Assembly (NCBI GenBank): GCA_020341755.1
Contig: CP070834.1
Location: 1,749,141-1,813,140 of the forward strand
Direction of reading: 5' to 3'
From: a candidate division WOR-3 bacterium
GTDB taxonomy: Bacteria; Hydrothermota; Tepidihabitantia; SM23-42
Length of the DNA stretch: 64,000 bases
Positions 1 through 9,508 of the stretch are shown piece by piece. The notes below the pieces were generated by a model, which had not been told where the DNA came from, searched no databases, and saw nothing but the letters and a program-made list of their open reading frames with translations. The position numbers and the translations under genes are program-made. The number at the start of each line of letters is the position of its first letter. Position 1 is the stretch's first letter.

Positions 1-1
1 G

Positions 2-370
2 GTGAAAAAAGATGAGGTTGTGTTCAAAGAAGGTGCCACCGGTGATGCCTTTTACCTCATCGTATCAGGAAGTGTACGGATCTCGACCATTGTTCCAGGC
101 GTGGGAGAAGAAGCACTTACTGTTCTGCGTGAAGGTGAGTATTTTGGTGAAATGGCACTCATTGATGACGCACCGCGTTCCGCATCTGCAATTGCCAACG
201 ATGATACGATCCTTTTAATGATCGGGAAGGATGATTTCAGGAAACTGCTTGCCCAGGAAACCGGTATCGCATACAAACTCTTGTGGGTGTTCACCAAGAC
301 CCTTTCGGCACGTCTGCGCAAGACCGATGAACAGTTGAAGAGTATATTTTCTATCGCTAAAACATTCTGA
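2..370 (+). CDS. cyclic nucleotide-binding (CAP/Crp-type cNMP-binding) domain protein, 5' partial
   Basis: The 122-aa ORF has no upstream stop inside the window. It carries the motifs FKEGATGDAFYLIVSGSV and GEYFGEMALIDDAPRSASAIA, which resemble the cNMP-binding beta-roll and its phosphate-binding cassette. Confidence 0.6.
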   Translation: MKKDEVVFKEGATGDAFYLIVSGSVRISTIVPGVGEEALTVLREGEYFGEMALIDDAPRSASAIANDDTILLMIGKDDFRKLLAQETGIAYKLLWVFTKTLSARLRKTDEQLKSIFSIAKTF

Positions 371-439
371 TATTCGCGCGTCGGTAGTCTGGTATATGGA
401 TAGATGTTCGTCCAAAGGAGTACGTGGTTGAGGTAGTAT

Positions 440-3400
440 ATGTTTGATTTTTTTGGCGGCAAAGATCCGGAAAGAGCCTATCAGAAGGCACAAGAATATA
501 TTAGGGAACAGCGTATAGATGCTGCTATAAAGATCCTTGAAACCAACCTTACGGAAACCGAAGACAGTTTCGATCTGTATCTGCTTCTCGCCCGTCTTTC
601 TTTCGATAACGAAGAGCGGGAGAGGGCTATGCAGGTAGTCCGGATCGCCAAGTCGATTGTACCGACGCGAACCGATGAGATCACAGCATTGGTGTCGGAA
701 TTGTATTACCAACATGCCTCCATCGACACCGCTGATTTTCTCCTTGAAATGTTCATCGAACAGAAACGCTTCGATGAAATTTCGAAAGTACTCCGCATGC
801 TGAGTGAACGCGAGATTCAGCTGTTAATAACCCGGTATGATAAATACAGGCAGGCAATTGATAAGAAGAAAATTATTTCGGGGGAAGATGCCAATAAACT
901 TATCATGCTCGCATCGGCGAGATTCTATGCGAACGATAGCGAAGCCGCCATCGTTGCCCTAGATTCGATCTCTGAAGGAGAGACATTCATACGACCGCTT
1001 CTGGAATGGGCTCGCGTGGTCGCCCGGGAGCGGTATGCTGACTGGCGCGCGCAGTTTCTCTTGATAAAACTCCAGCTTGCATGTAAAGATTTTTATGGTG
1101 CGCTGAACCAGGCACAGAGGACTACAGATAAATTTCCGGAGAGTGTAGTTTCTGTTATTGGCTTGATCGGCGCCGCAAAACCGTCACAAGATCTGAAAGA
1201 AAAGTATACGAAATTCATCACCGACCTGCATATAAAGAAGGGCGATCTCACTACGTCGATCGATCTGCTCTTGAGTCTGGAGACCAAGGACAAGAAAAAA
1301 GTCGATGATGTCATAAAGGGTCTGCGTGAGCTCGAGAGGATTAATCCTAATAATATCCGTATCCTTTACGCGCTAGCGGACACCTATATAAGCGCAAACC
1401 GACTCAGTCTTGCGGTCAGTGAGCTGGACAAAATACTCGAAGCCGACAGTACCCAGTACAATGAAGTCATATCCCGGTACCGAAAAGCGTTTGATACCGA
1501 ACCGAGCAATCCCCAGGTCATCGAGGGACTGGTCGGCACATACCTCAAACATGGTGATTATGAGAGTGCGGTCGATATCGTGGGAAAGTCGTATGAGGCA
1601 GATCCTGGACATGTCGATGAGTACATTGCCCAGCTCAATACGATCCTTGAAAAGAAACTAGATAACCCGAAGGCACTCTATCTCATGGGATTGTGCTACG
1701 CCCGCAAGAACGATCATGAGAATGCGGCGGTTATTTTCGAGAGCCTGCTCGATGAGGGTGAATACCAGTATGTGTATGATGCCGCTGAGGAGATTCAAAA
1801 ATATCAACCGGATGATCTCCATTATCTCCAATTCCGTACACGCAGCATGATCGCACTCGGTAAGGCAGAATCCGCTTTCGAGGTGCTTAAGGATTATATC
1901 GAACAGAATCCCGATGAAACCGGACCGTTTTTGCCAACATTGGATGCCATCGTCAGGGAAAAACCCGATCTTGGAGAGAGGGTACTGCCCATATACCAGC
2001 GATATTCGCGAGAACAGCCGTTCGTAAGCAACCTGGCGATAGCACGGGCATATGCCTTTTCAGAAGACTACGAGCAGGCGGTCAAACTCTTCGAACAGAT
2101 GCTCGACGACGAGGAGAATAAAGGTGCTGTTAAAAGAGCGCTGATCGAGACGATACAGGAGCGTCCCAAGGCAGTCCAGCTGCTTCTCGCAGCAGCGCGT
2201 GTGTTTATGAAAGAGGGGGAGGTTGAGATCGCCACGCGGTTTTTCAAGACCGCTCAGATGGTCGATCCCAAGGCATTTTTTGAAATAGTCGACGAGTTCT
2301 ACGATGTGTTGAAAACTTTTCCCAAGGACCGGGAAGTCCGCACCCTGCTCGTGGATGCATTTTTCAGCAGGAAGTTATGGAACAGAGTGGTCGAAGAAAC
2401 GAAAAGGGCTATTGAGGTTTTTGGTCGTGATGCGCAGTATTTCAATTTGAAATTGGGAGAAGCGCTCGTTGAGGACGGGAATCTCAGCGATGCGGTCAGA
2501 CCCCTCATGCTTTCGCTGGATGGAGATGAAGACTATTCCGGCGAGGTACTGGAGTATCTGGGTAAGATTCTGAGTATCGACAAGAGTAACGTCCCCGCGC
2601 ATTTCGCACGGGGACGGGCACTGAGCCGTGCCCATCGCGTTGAGGAGGCAGTCGAGGAATATCTCCTTACTGTCCGGATACTGCCGGCCCGCGCCGAATA
2701 TGTCCTCGACGAACTCAAGAATCTTGCCGAAAAATCTGTTGCCAATCCTGGTGTCATTTTCGCCATGGGTACGGTCGAACTGATTCTGGAAATATACAGC
2801 GATGCAATAAAACATCTGCAGCAATCATGTGAACTCGACAATAAATTCGTCAAAAACGTGATCCCGCTGTTTGAACGCCTTATTCAGAACGAACCTTCGC
2901 CGCAGCTGGAGTTCGCCATGGCAAAGGTATATCATATAGCCAACTTTCGGAACACCGCTGTAAATTATTATATCAGAGCACAGTCTCACGACCGTAATTT
3001 ACGCGAACGTGCGATTTCGGAAATAAAGAAAATATGCGCCGAGGACAAGAGCGATATTGAGTCTGCCAAGGGACTTGCGCAACTCTATCTTGATTTTAGT
3101 AATCACGAAGATGCATTGGATCTAGTTAATCAGATATACTCGGTCAATCCGAAAGAGGGTATGTGGGCAAAGAATTTTGTTGCCGGAATACTGCAGAAAA
3201 ATCATCAGCATATCCCATCATATTACTTCCTCGCACGGATCTTTTTAGATGATAAAAATTTCAAAAAAGCCGTTGAAGTGCACGAGCGTTTGCTCGAGAT
3301 GACGCCCGCAGAAACAACTAAGGTCATATCGATACTGAATAACATAAAAGAAAAGGATGCAGAGATTTTATTGTTTCTCGGTTCTCTTTATAAAGGCACC

Positions 3401-4168
3401 GGTGAACTGCATAAATCCCTTTCACTCTTTAACGATCTCTTTGCACTCGACCCAACATACGGTACGGCGATAAATCATCACATCAAGGAAATACTCAAGA
3501 AAAACACGAACCTAGGAGATGCGTACTTGCTGGCTCACAAGATCTTCATGTACAATAAGGAGTATGAGAGAGCTGTTGAGGCTATAAGGCGGGCAAAGGA
3601 ATTAAACATCGGTAAGGAAGAAGTCATACTCCAGGAGGGTCAAACATACTATGCCATGGGCGATCCCGAAAAGGCGATACAACTTTACACCGAGCTTCTG
3701 ACGACTACCAAAGACAGGAAATCGATATACCGGTTGATCAGAAATACCCGTGACAGATATTTCAAGGAAAAGATCGCTCTTATAAAAGGTGATGATGACC
3801 GGTGCCGGCTGGAAAGGGCACACCTGTATCTGATGGTCAATAAACCATCCATGGCGGAAAAAGAATTGAAATTTGTACCTCAGAACCGTTTTTCCATGAA
3901 AAAACACTCCATATTAAAAGCGAGGCTCTGTCTCCTCAAGCGCCGTCCTCTTGATGCGCTCGAGATCATGAAAACGTATACTCCGGATGAAGAAACCGCG
4001 ACTGTCTACGCAGATATCTATGAAGCACTGGGCTCATTCGAAGCGGCTGCTCAAGTTTTGCGAGAAGCAGGTTCTCACGATGTTGGGCATAAGATCGCTG
4101 TTTACGAGAAGCTTGCCCAGGAAAGAAGGCTGACAAAAGGAAGATATATTATTGAAGGGAGGAGTTGA
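440..4168 (+). CDS. very large tetratricopeptide (TPR) repeat protein
   Basis: The 1242-aa ORF is built throughout from repeated roughly 34-aa helical units with a TPR-like pattern (A/L/Y-rich, e.g. ...ALYLMGLCYARKNDHENAAVIFESLL...). It has no catalytic motifs. Confidence 0.6.
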   Translation: MFDFFGGKDPERAYQKAQEYIREQRIDAAIKILETNLTETEDSFDLYLLLARLSFDNEERERAMQVVRIAKSIVPTRTDEITALVSELYYQHASIDTADFLLEMFIEQKRFDEISKVLRMLSEREIQLLITRYDKYRQAIDKKKIISGEDANKLIMLASARFYANDSEAAIVALDSISEGETFIRPLLEWARVVARERYADWRAQFLLIKLQLACKDFYGALNQAQRTTDKFPESVVSVIGLIGAAKPSQDLKEKYTKFITDLHIKKGDLTTSIDLLLSLETKDKKKVDDVIKGLRELERINPNNIRILYALADTYISANRLSLAVSELDKILEADSTQYNEVISRYRKAFDTEPSNPQVIEGLVGTYLKHGDYESAVDIVGKSYEADPGHVDEYIAQLNTILEKKLDNPKALYLMGLCYARKNDHENAAVIFESLLDEGEYQYVYDAAEEIQKYQPDDLHYLQFRTRSMIALGKAESAFEVLKDYIEQNPDETGPFLPTLDAIVREKPDLGERVLPIYQRYSREQPFVSNLAIARAYAFSEDYEQAVKLFEQMLDDEENKGAVKRALIETIQERPKAVQLLLAAARVFMKEGEVEIATRFFKTAQMVDPKAFFEIVDEFYDVLKTFPKDREVRTLLVDAFFSRKLWNRVVEETKRAIEVFGRDAQYFNLKLGEALVEDGNLSDAVRPLMLSLDGDEDYSGEVLEYLGKILSIDKSNVPAHFARGRALSRAHRVEEAVEEYLLTVRILPARAEYVLDELKNLAEKSVANPGVIFAMGTVELILEIYSDAIKHLQQSCELDNKFVKNVIPLFERLIQNEPSPQLEFAMAKVYHIANFRNTAVNYYIRAQSHDRNLRERAISEIKKICAEDKSDIESAKGLAQLYLDFSNHEDALDLVNQIYSVNPKEGMWAKNFVAGILQKNHQHIPSYYFLARIFLDDKNFKKAVEVHERLLEMTPAETTKVISILNNIKEKDAEILLFLGSLYKGTGELHKSLSLFNDLFALDPTYGTAINHHIKEILKKNTNLGDAYLLAHKIFMYNKEYERAVEAIRRAKELNIGKEEVILQEGQTYYAMGDPEKAIQLYTELLTTTKDRKSIYRLIRNTRDRYFKEKIALIKGDDDRCRLERAHLYLMVNKPSMAEKELKFVPQNRFSMKKHSILKARLCLLKRRPLDALEIMKTYTPDEETATVYADIYEALGSFEAAAQVLREAGSHDVGHKIAVYEKLAQERRLTKGRYIIEGRS

Positions 4169-6174
4169 TGAAATGCCCCTTTCTTATTATTAAAAGAGAT
4201 ACCCTGGATGAGGATGGGATCAAAACCGGCGAGGAAATAGAGATACAGGATTGCATCAAGAATGATTGTATGATATTTGACGGCGCAACCAAACTGTGTT
4301 CGTTGCTTGCATCGAATATGAAGGCCGGTGTGCTCATAGACGATTTGAAACAGGGGATGAAGGAGGTTAAGGAGGAGATATACCAGCGCTCGGAAGCCAT
4401 GAGTGTCACCCTGTCCACGACCGTTCAGACACTGCAGGATGCTGTCCTCGGAAGGTTTGATCTGCTCCAGAAGCAGAATGAAGTTATCGCGCTCGGATTT
4501 GACAAGATCGGTGAGACTGTTGGCAATCGGTTTGAGGGGCTCAATGCACATGTTAATCAACTTCTTGAGGCAGTGACCGCACTCAGCAGTACGCTTGAGA
4601 AAAGCAAGGATATGGTCATTGAGAATATGAACACGACCAGGGATACGCTCGTGAATCAGAGTGAAGGTGTGAGGATGTCCATACAGTCGCTGCAGCGTAT
4701 CGTCAACGAGGTGCAGGGAACGCACGTACAGTTCTCGACCGATGTTAAAGCATTTTCTGAAGCACTGCTCGTGCAGCTCGGTGAACTCAAAGACAGCGCT
4801 GTGAGGCGAAACGATGACGTGTGCTCACGGCTCGATATGGTGAAGCAGGGCCTCGATAAGGTCATGACCACCAGTCAGATCGGCATGGAAACCATTAGTG
4901 GAGCAATGGAGCGGATCATTTCGACCGCTCAGGCTGTGGTGACTGGGCTCGGGCAAATGGATACGATGATCGGTCAGTTGAACAATCTGAACGAACTCGT
5001 CAAGGGCGAGATCGCAGGCCTGAAAACTGAAACGCTCAATACCTTGAGCGCGATCGCCGGTAAGGTCGATGGCATCGAAGGATCGTTCGCTGAGACCCTG
5101 AAACCCGGTATCGAGATCATATCAACAATGAAGGCAGAGATAAAGGAATCGATCACGCATCTTGCTTCCGATATCCAGATGGTGGGGGAGATACTCAAAT
5201 CCGAAGTCGGTACGCTCAGATCTGATCAAGCGGCAAGTCTGGGGAATGTGCAGGGCACCATAATGCAGTTGCACACATTGTTCAGATCATCCTCAGAGAA
5301 TCTGGAGAACATGAACGATATGATCAAGAACCTTAATACTAATTATCTCGAATCACTAGGGAAGATAGCCGGGCTTGCCGAGGGTATGCGCAAAGGTGTG
5401 GATAAGGTCGGAGAAGGCATGCAGATGTCCGTGAGGGATCTGGTTCAGGAGATGAAGAACGAGATCGGGAGCCTGGAGAAACAGTATGAGAAAACCTTCG
5501 GCGATATCGCTCAACTCGCCGAGAAGTTCGGAGGATTGAACACAAGGCTCAAGGAAATGACTATTGAGATCGAAAAAGAGTTCAAGGACAGTTTTGAACG
5601 TCAGGCAAAACTTTCTGAACATACGAAGACCATACTGGAGCATATTAAAGAATATTTCGAGAAGCAGGAAGAGCGCTATAAGGAAGAACATGAGACGAAA
5701 CAAAAGAAGGAGGCGATCGATCATTTTGATCGAGCAACGCTGTACTTCTATCGAGGCAATTACGAACTTGCGATCAATGAGATCGATAAAGCCCTCGAGA
5801 TTGAAAAAACAGCAGAATACTTGAACCTCAAGGGCGTACTGTTGACAGAGCTGGGACGTTTTGATGATAGTAAGAAAGTATATGGAGAAGCCCTGAAGCT
5901 CGAGAGTAATCTTGCCGAAATACATAACAATCTCGGGCTGCTCTATTTGAAAATGAAAAAACTCGATGATGCCGTCGTCTCGTTCCAGGAAGCAGTGAAG
6001 AAAAATGTGAACTATGCCCGTGCGTACGTAAACCTGGGTAAGGCATATATTGAGTCGGAAAAATACGACGATGCGATCAAAGCCTTCGAGAAGGCGCTGG
6101 AAATAGATCCTGCGAATGCTGCAGCACGAGAAGCGATCGATCTCTACAAGAAAGGCAAGATCGGTACTGAATAA
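4165..6174 (+). CDS. coiled-coil protein with C-terminal TPR repeats
   Basis: The 669-aa ORF overlaps the upstream gene by 4 nt (ATGA). Its long central region is Q/E/L/K-rich with a heptad-like pattern. The C-terminal roughly 130 aa are clear TPR units (AINEIDKALEIEKTAEYLNLKGVLL..., AYVNLGKAYIESEKYDDAIKAFEKALEIDP). Confidence 0.5.
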   Translation: MMKCPFLIIKRDTLDEDGIKTGEEIEIQDCIKNDCMIFDGATKLCSLLASNMKAGVLIDDLKQGMKEVKEEIYQRSEAMSVTLSTTVQTLQDAVLGRFDLLQKQNEVIALGFDKIGETVGNRFEGLNAHVNQLLEAVTALSSTLEKSKDMVIENMNTTRDTLVNQSEGVRMSIQSLQRIVNEVQGTHVQFSTDVKAFSEALLVQLGELKDSAVRRNDDVCSRLDMVKQGLDKVMTTSQIGMETISGAMERIISTAQAVVTGLGQMDTMIGQLNNLNELVKGEIAGLKTETLNTLSAIAGKVDGIEGSFAETLKPGIEIISTMKAEIKESITHLASDIQMVGEILKSEVGTLRSDQAASLGNVQGTIMQLHTLFRSSSENLENMNDMIKNLNTNYLESLGKIAGLAEGMRKGVDKVGEGMQMSVRDLVQEMKNEIGSLEKQYEKTFGDIAQLAEKFGGLNTRLKEMTIEIEKEFKDSFERQAKLSEHTKTILEHIKEYFEKQEERYKEEHETKQKKEAIDHFDRATLYFYRGNYELAINEIDKALEIEKTAEYLNLKGVLLTELGRFDDSKKVYGEALKLESNLAEIHNNLGLLYLKMKKLDDAVVSFQEAVKKNVNYARAYVNLGKAYIESEKYDDAIKAFEKALEIDPANAAAREAIDLYKKGKIGTE

Positions 6175-6197
6175 TAATAGCGCAAAGTGAGGTGATC

Positions 6198-6584
6198 ATG
6201 AGCATTATTGACAAACTGAAAAAAGGGAAAAAGGTGGAGTCAGTGCTCGACGCCCTTACGAAAAAAAAGGAACCTGAATCGAACGAGCCACCGAAGAAAC
6301 CGAGCGATCTTGACGTTGAGGTCAGGGAACTCAATCCTTCGGGTGGTGGAAAAGCGGAAGTACTTGAGGATTATGATATGGAAATGGTTGAGGAGAAATC
6401 TGTCCGCGAATTCAGAACCGAAGGTATGCATGAGTTTGAACTCGATAGTCTGGGAACGTCGAGCGATGCTGTCATGAAAGCGGAGTTTAAATTTCGGATC
6501 AATGACCTAATCGATAAAAATCAGATCGATGATGCGATCGCAGTCCTCGAGGAATTGAAACGTAAACTTACTGAAAAGCCGTAG
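6198..6584 (+). CDS. small acidic hypothetical protein
   Basis: The 128-aa ORF starts at an ATG preceded by a GAGGTG Shine-Dalgarno. It is the fourth gene in the same-strand block and is K/E/D-rich low-complexity sequence with no recognisable domain. Confidence 0.4.
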   Translation: MSIIDKLKKGKKVESVLDALTKKKEPESNEPPKKPSDLDVEVRELNPSGGGKAEVLEDYDMEMVEEKSVREFRTEGMHEFELDSLGTSSDAVMKAEFKFRINDLIDKNQIDDAIAVLEELKRKLTEKP

Positions 6585-6643
6585 AAAAAATCTGATCTAT
6601 ATTTGTTACTAATACTCCATAAAAAGAAGAGTATCGGTGTGCG

Positions 6644-6697
6644 CCAGAAATAGAATTTTCCCTAAAGAGAGGTTCTATTTCCTGGAGCGTTTTTTGA
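6644..6697. terminator. bidirectional intrinsic terminator-like hairpin between convergent genes
   Basis: The stem CCAGAAATAGAA and TTCTATTTCCTGG (roughly 12 bp with one bulge) flanks a 17-nt loop. On the + strand it is followed by a TTTTTT run. It overlaps the last codons of ppdK on the - strand. Confidence 0.45.
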
Positions 6698-9452
6698 TTT
6701 TTCTCTTCGTCGTTGGTCTCTTTTTCCGTTTCGGCGTTTTATAGAGAACTGCTGCCTGGGCTGCAGATAATCGTGCTATAGGAACGCGGAATGGGGAGCA
6801 TGAAACATAATCCATTCCAACGCGGTGGCAGAAATGGACAGACACAGGTTCGCCACCATGTTCACCACATATGCCGATCTCAAGATTCTGTTTGGTGCTG
6901 CGTCCTTTCTCGATACCGATCTTGACCAGTTCACCGATCCCGGGTTGATCAATGCTCTGGAACGGATCTTGCGGTAAGATGCCCTGTTCAATATATGCAG
7001 GAAGAAAACCGCCAATATCATCACGGGAAAAACCGAAACCCATCTGCGTGAGATCATTGGTCCCGTAGGAGAAGAAATCGGTTACATGGGCAATCTGATC
7101 CGCGGTCAGGCAGGCACGCGGGATCTCGATCATGGTGCCGAAGAGGTGTTTTATTTTCTTCAGACCGTATTTTCTGCATACCTCTTTGTATATGCACTTC
7201 ACAAGCTCCTTTTGCATGCCGAGTTCTTTTGCCTCGGCGACGACCGGAACCATGATCTCAGGGTAAGGATCTTTCCCTTCTTTCAGGAGTTCTGCTGCCG
7301 CTTCGAAGATCGCCCGTATCTGCATTTCGCTGATCTCCGGATAGGTAATACCAAGCCGCACGCCCCGATGTCCCATCATGGGATTTGATTCGTGCAAAGA
7401 ATCGGCACGTTCCATGAGTTCCTCATGTGAGATGCCCAGGTCTGTTGCCAGCTGCTCGAGACGGTTCCTGTCACGCGGGACGAATTCGTGGAGCGGCGGA
7501 TCGAGCAGCCGCATGACGACCGGCAGACCGTCCATTGCTTCGAGAACGTCCTTGATGTCTTTTTTCACGTAGGGGTAGAGTTCCTGCAGTGCCTTCTTGC
7601 GCTCATCCTGAGACTTGGACATGATCATCTTCCTCAACCGGAACAGCGGTTCCTCAGAACCTTTACCGTAGAACATATGCTCGGTCCTCATAAGACCGAT
7701 GCCCTGGGCACCGAATTTGCGCGCCCGGTCAGCATCAGCGGGTGTGTCGGCATTTGCGCGAACTCCGAGTTTTTTTACCTTGTCACATACCTTGAGGAAG
7801 CTCTGGAGCAGTACATTTTCTTCTGCGGATTCCATCATAGGCAATTCACCCTCGTACACACAGCCCTTGGTACCGTTCAAAGTGAGCCAGTCGCCCTGTT
7901 TGTAGGTTTTGCCATCGACGATGAGTTCCTTTTTTTCGTAATTAATGCGCAATGCGCCGCACCCAACGATACAACACTTGCCCCATCCCCGGGCGACCAG
8001 TGCGGCGTGTGACGTCATACCTCCCCGGGCAGTCAGGATCGCCTGGGCAGCACGCATGCCTTCCACATCCTCAGGATTAGTTTCTTCCCGGACGAGTATG
8101 ACCTTCTTACCGGTTTTTTTCCATGCGACCGCCTCGCTCGATGCGAATACGATTTGACCAGTGGCTCCGCCCGGACCGGCTGGTAATCCTTTTGCGATAG
8201 GGTTGTGCGTCATCTCCACCTTGGGATCGATCATCGGGTGCAGCAATTCGTCGAGCTGTGACGGGCTTACGCGCATGACTGCCTGTTCTGGTGTAATGAG
8301 TTTTTCCTTCAGCATATCGAGTGCCATCTTTACGGCTGCCGGACCGTTTCGTTTTCCAACACGTGTCTGAAGCATGAAGAGCCGATTATTCTCGATGGTG
8401 AATTCGATATCCTGCATGTCATGATAATGCTTTTCAAGTTTTTTCCGATATGTCTCTAATTGCCGGTACAATTTGGGCATTATCTTTTGCAGCGTCGGCA
8501 GATCCCGGTTGTGATCAGACTGCGAGTACTCGTTGATCGGTGCCGGGGTTCTTGTGCCCGCAACGACATCCTCTCCCTGGGCGTTCACGAGATATTCGCC
8601 ATAGAACTTGTTGTCTCCATTGCCCGGATTCCGCGTGAATCCCACTCCGGTTGCCGAATCTTCACCCATATTACCGAAAACCATTGCCTGGACATTGACC
8701 GCGGTTCCCCAGTCATCGGGGATACCTTCGATGCGACGGTAACTGACGGCTCTTTTTCCGTTCCATGATGCGAATACCGCTTTGATCCCGCCCCAGAGTT
8801 GCTGATCCGGATCGTCCGGGAACTCTTTATGTAAAACCTGCTTTATCTTTGATTTAAATCGTTCACACAGCAATTTCAGGTCCTCAACAGTTAGTTCGAT
8901 ATCCAGTGAATAGCCCATCTGATTTTTAATATCGCCCATGATCGCTTCGAGCTGCTTGCGAATTCCGGATTCCTCATTCGCGGGTTCTATGCCTGCTGCC
9001 TTTTCCATGACGACGTCTGCATACATCATGATGAGCCTGCGGTATGCATCGTAGGCGAAACGTTCATCATTGCTCTGTTTTATTAGACCGGGAATCGTCC
9101 GCTTGGTCAAACCGATGTTCAAGATCGTTTCCATCATCCCCGGCATTGACTGCCTGGCACCGGAACGTACCGAGACGAGAAGAGGAATACGGGCGTCGCC
9201 GAATTTTTTACCCATGATCTTTTCTATTCGTTTTATCGAAGAGGATACTTCCTTTTTTAATTGCCCGGGCAGTGTTTTCTTTTTCATATAGAAGGTGCAG
9301 ACGTCGGTCGTTATCGTGAACCCCGGGGGGACGGGTATCCCGATATTGGTCATCTCGCTGAGGTTTGCCCCCTTACCGCCAAGTAGATTTTTCATTTTCA
9401 TGTTACCCTGTGCTTTTTTACCGCCAAAATTGTACACCAATCTCTTTGCCAT
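6675..9452 (-). CDS. ppdK: pyruvate, phosphate dikinase
   Basis: The 925-aa ORF has the PPDK N-terminus MAKRLVYNFGGKKAQGNMKMKNLLGGKGANLSEM. It has the central phospho-histidine region (...GGMTSHAALVARGWGK...) and a C-terminal PEP-utilising TIM barrel ending ...FDYVSCSPFRVPIARLSAAQAA. Unusually, a roughly 22-aa polybasic tail follows. Confidence 0.9.
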   Translation of the reverse strand: MAKRLVYNFGGKKAQGNMKMKNLLGGKGANLSEMTNIGIPVPPGFTITTDVCTFYMKKKTLPGQLKKEVSSSIKRIEKIMGKKFGDARIPLLVSVRSGARQSMPGMMETILNIGLTKRTIPGLIKQSNDERFAYDAYRRLIMMYADVVMEKAAGIEPANEESGIRKQLEAIMGDIKNQMGYSLDIELTVEDLKLLCERFKSKIKQVLHKEFPDDPDQQLWGGIKAVFASWNGKRAVSYRRIEGIPDDWGTAVNVQAMVFGNMGEDSATGVGFTRNPGNGDNKFYGEYLVNAQGEDVVAGTRTPAPINEYSQSDHNRDLPTLQKIMPKLYRQLETYRKKLEKHYHDMQDIEFTIENNRLFMLQTRVGKRNGPAAVKMALDMLKEKLITPEQAVMRVSPSQLDELLHPMIDPKVEMTHNPIAKGLPAGPGGATGQIVFASSEAVAWKKTGKKVILVREETNPEDVEGMRAAQAILTARGGMTSHAALVARGWGKCCIVGCGALRINYEKKELIVDGKTYKQGDWLTLNGTKGCVYEGELPMMESAEENVLLQSFLKVCDKVKKLGVRANADTPADADRARKFGAQGIGLMRTEHMFYGKGSEEPLFRLRKMIMSKSQDERKKALQELYPYVKKDIKDVLEAMDGLPVVMRLLDPPLHEFVPRDRNRLEQLATDLGISHEELMERADSLHESNPMMGHRGVRLGITYPEISEMQIRAIFEAAAELLKEGKDPYPEIMVPVVAEAKELGMQKELVKCIYKEVCRKYGLKKIKHLFGTMIEIPRACLTADQIAHVTDFFSYGTNDLTQMGFGFSRDDIGGFLPAYIEQGILPQDPFQSIDQPGIGELVKIGIEKGRSTKQNLEIGICGEHGGEPVSVHFCHRVGMDYVSCSPFRVPIARLSAAQAAVLYKTPKRKKRPTTKRKIKKRSRK

Positions 9453-9508
9453 CGTAATGCTCCTTTCTTAACACAACGTACGGATAATCTTACCGACGGT
9501 CGTACCGT

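Noticed and set aside
7086-8768. Multiple + strand ORFs of 60-175 aa inside ppdK, and similar antisense ORFs inside groEL (13241..14275), the GT-C gene (18441..19088), dxs, hdrA, priA and others.
   Set aside because: They lie entirely within and antisense to, or out of frame with, well-supported conserved genes. They have no start context and are typical GC-rich frame shadows.
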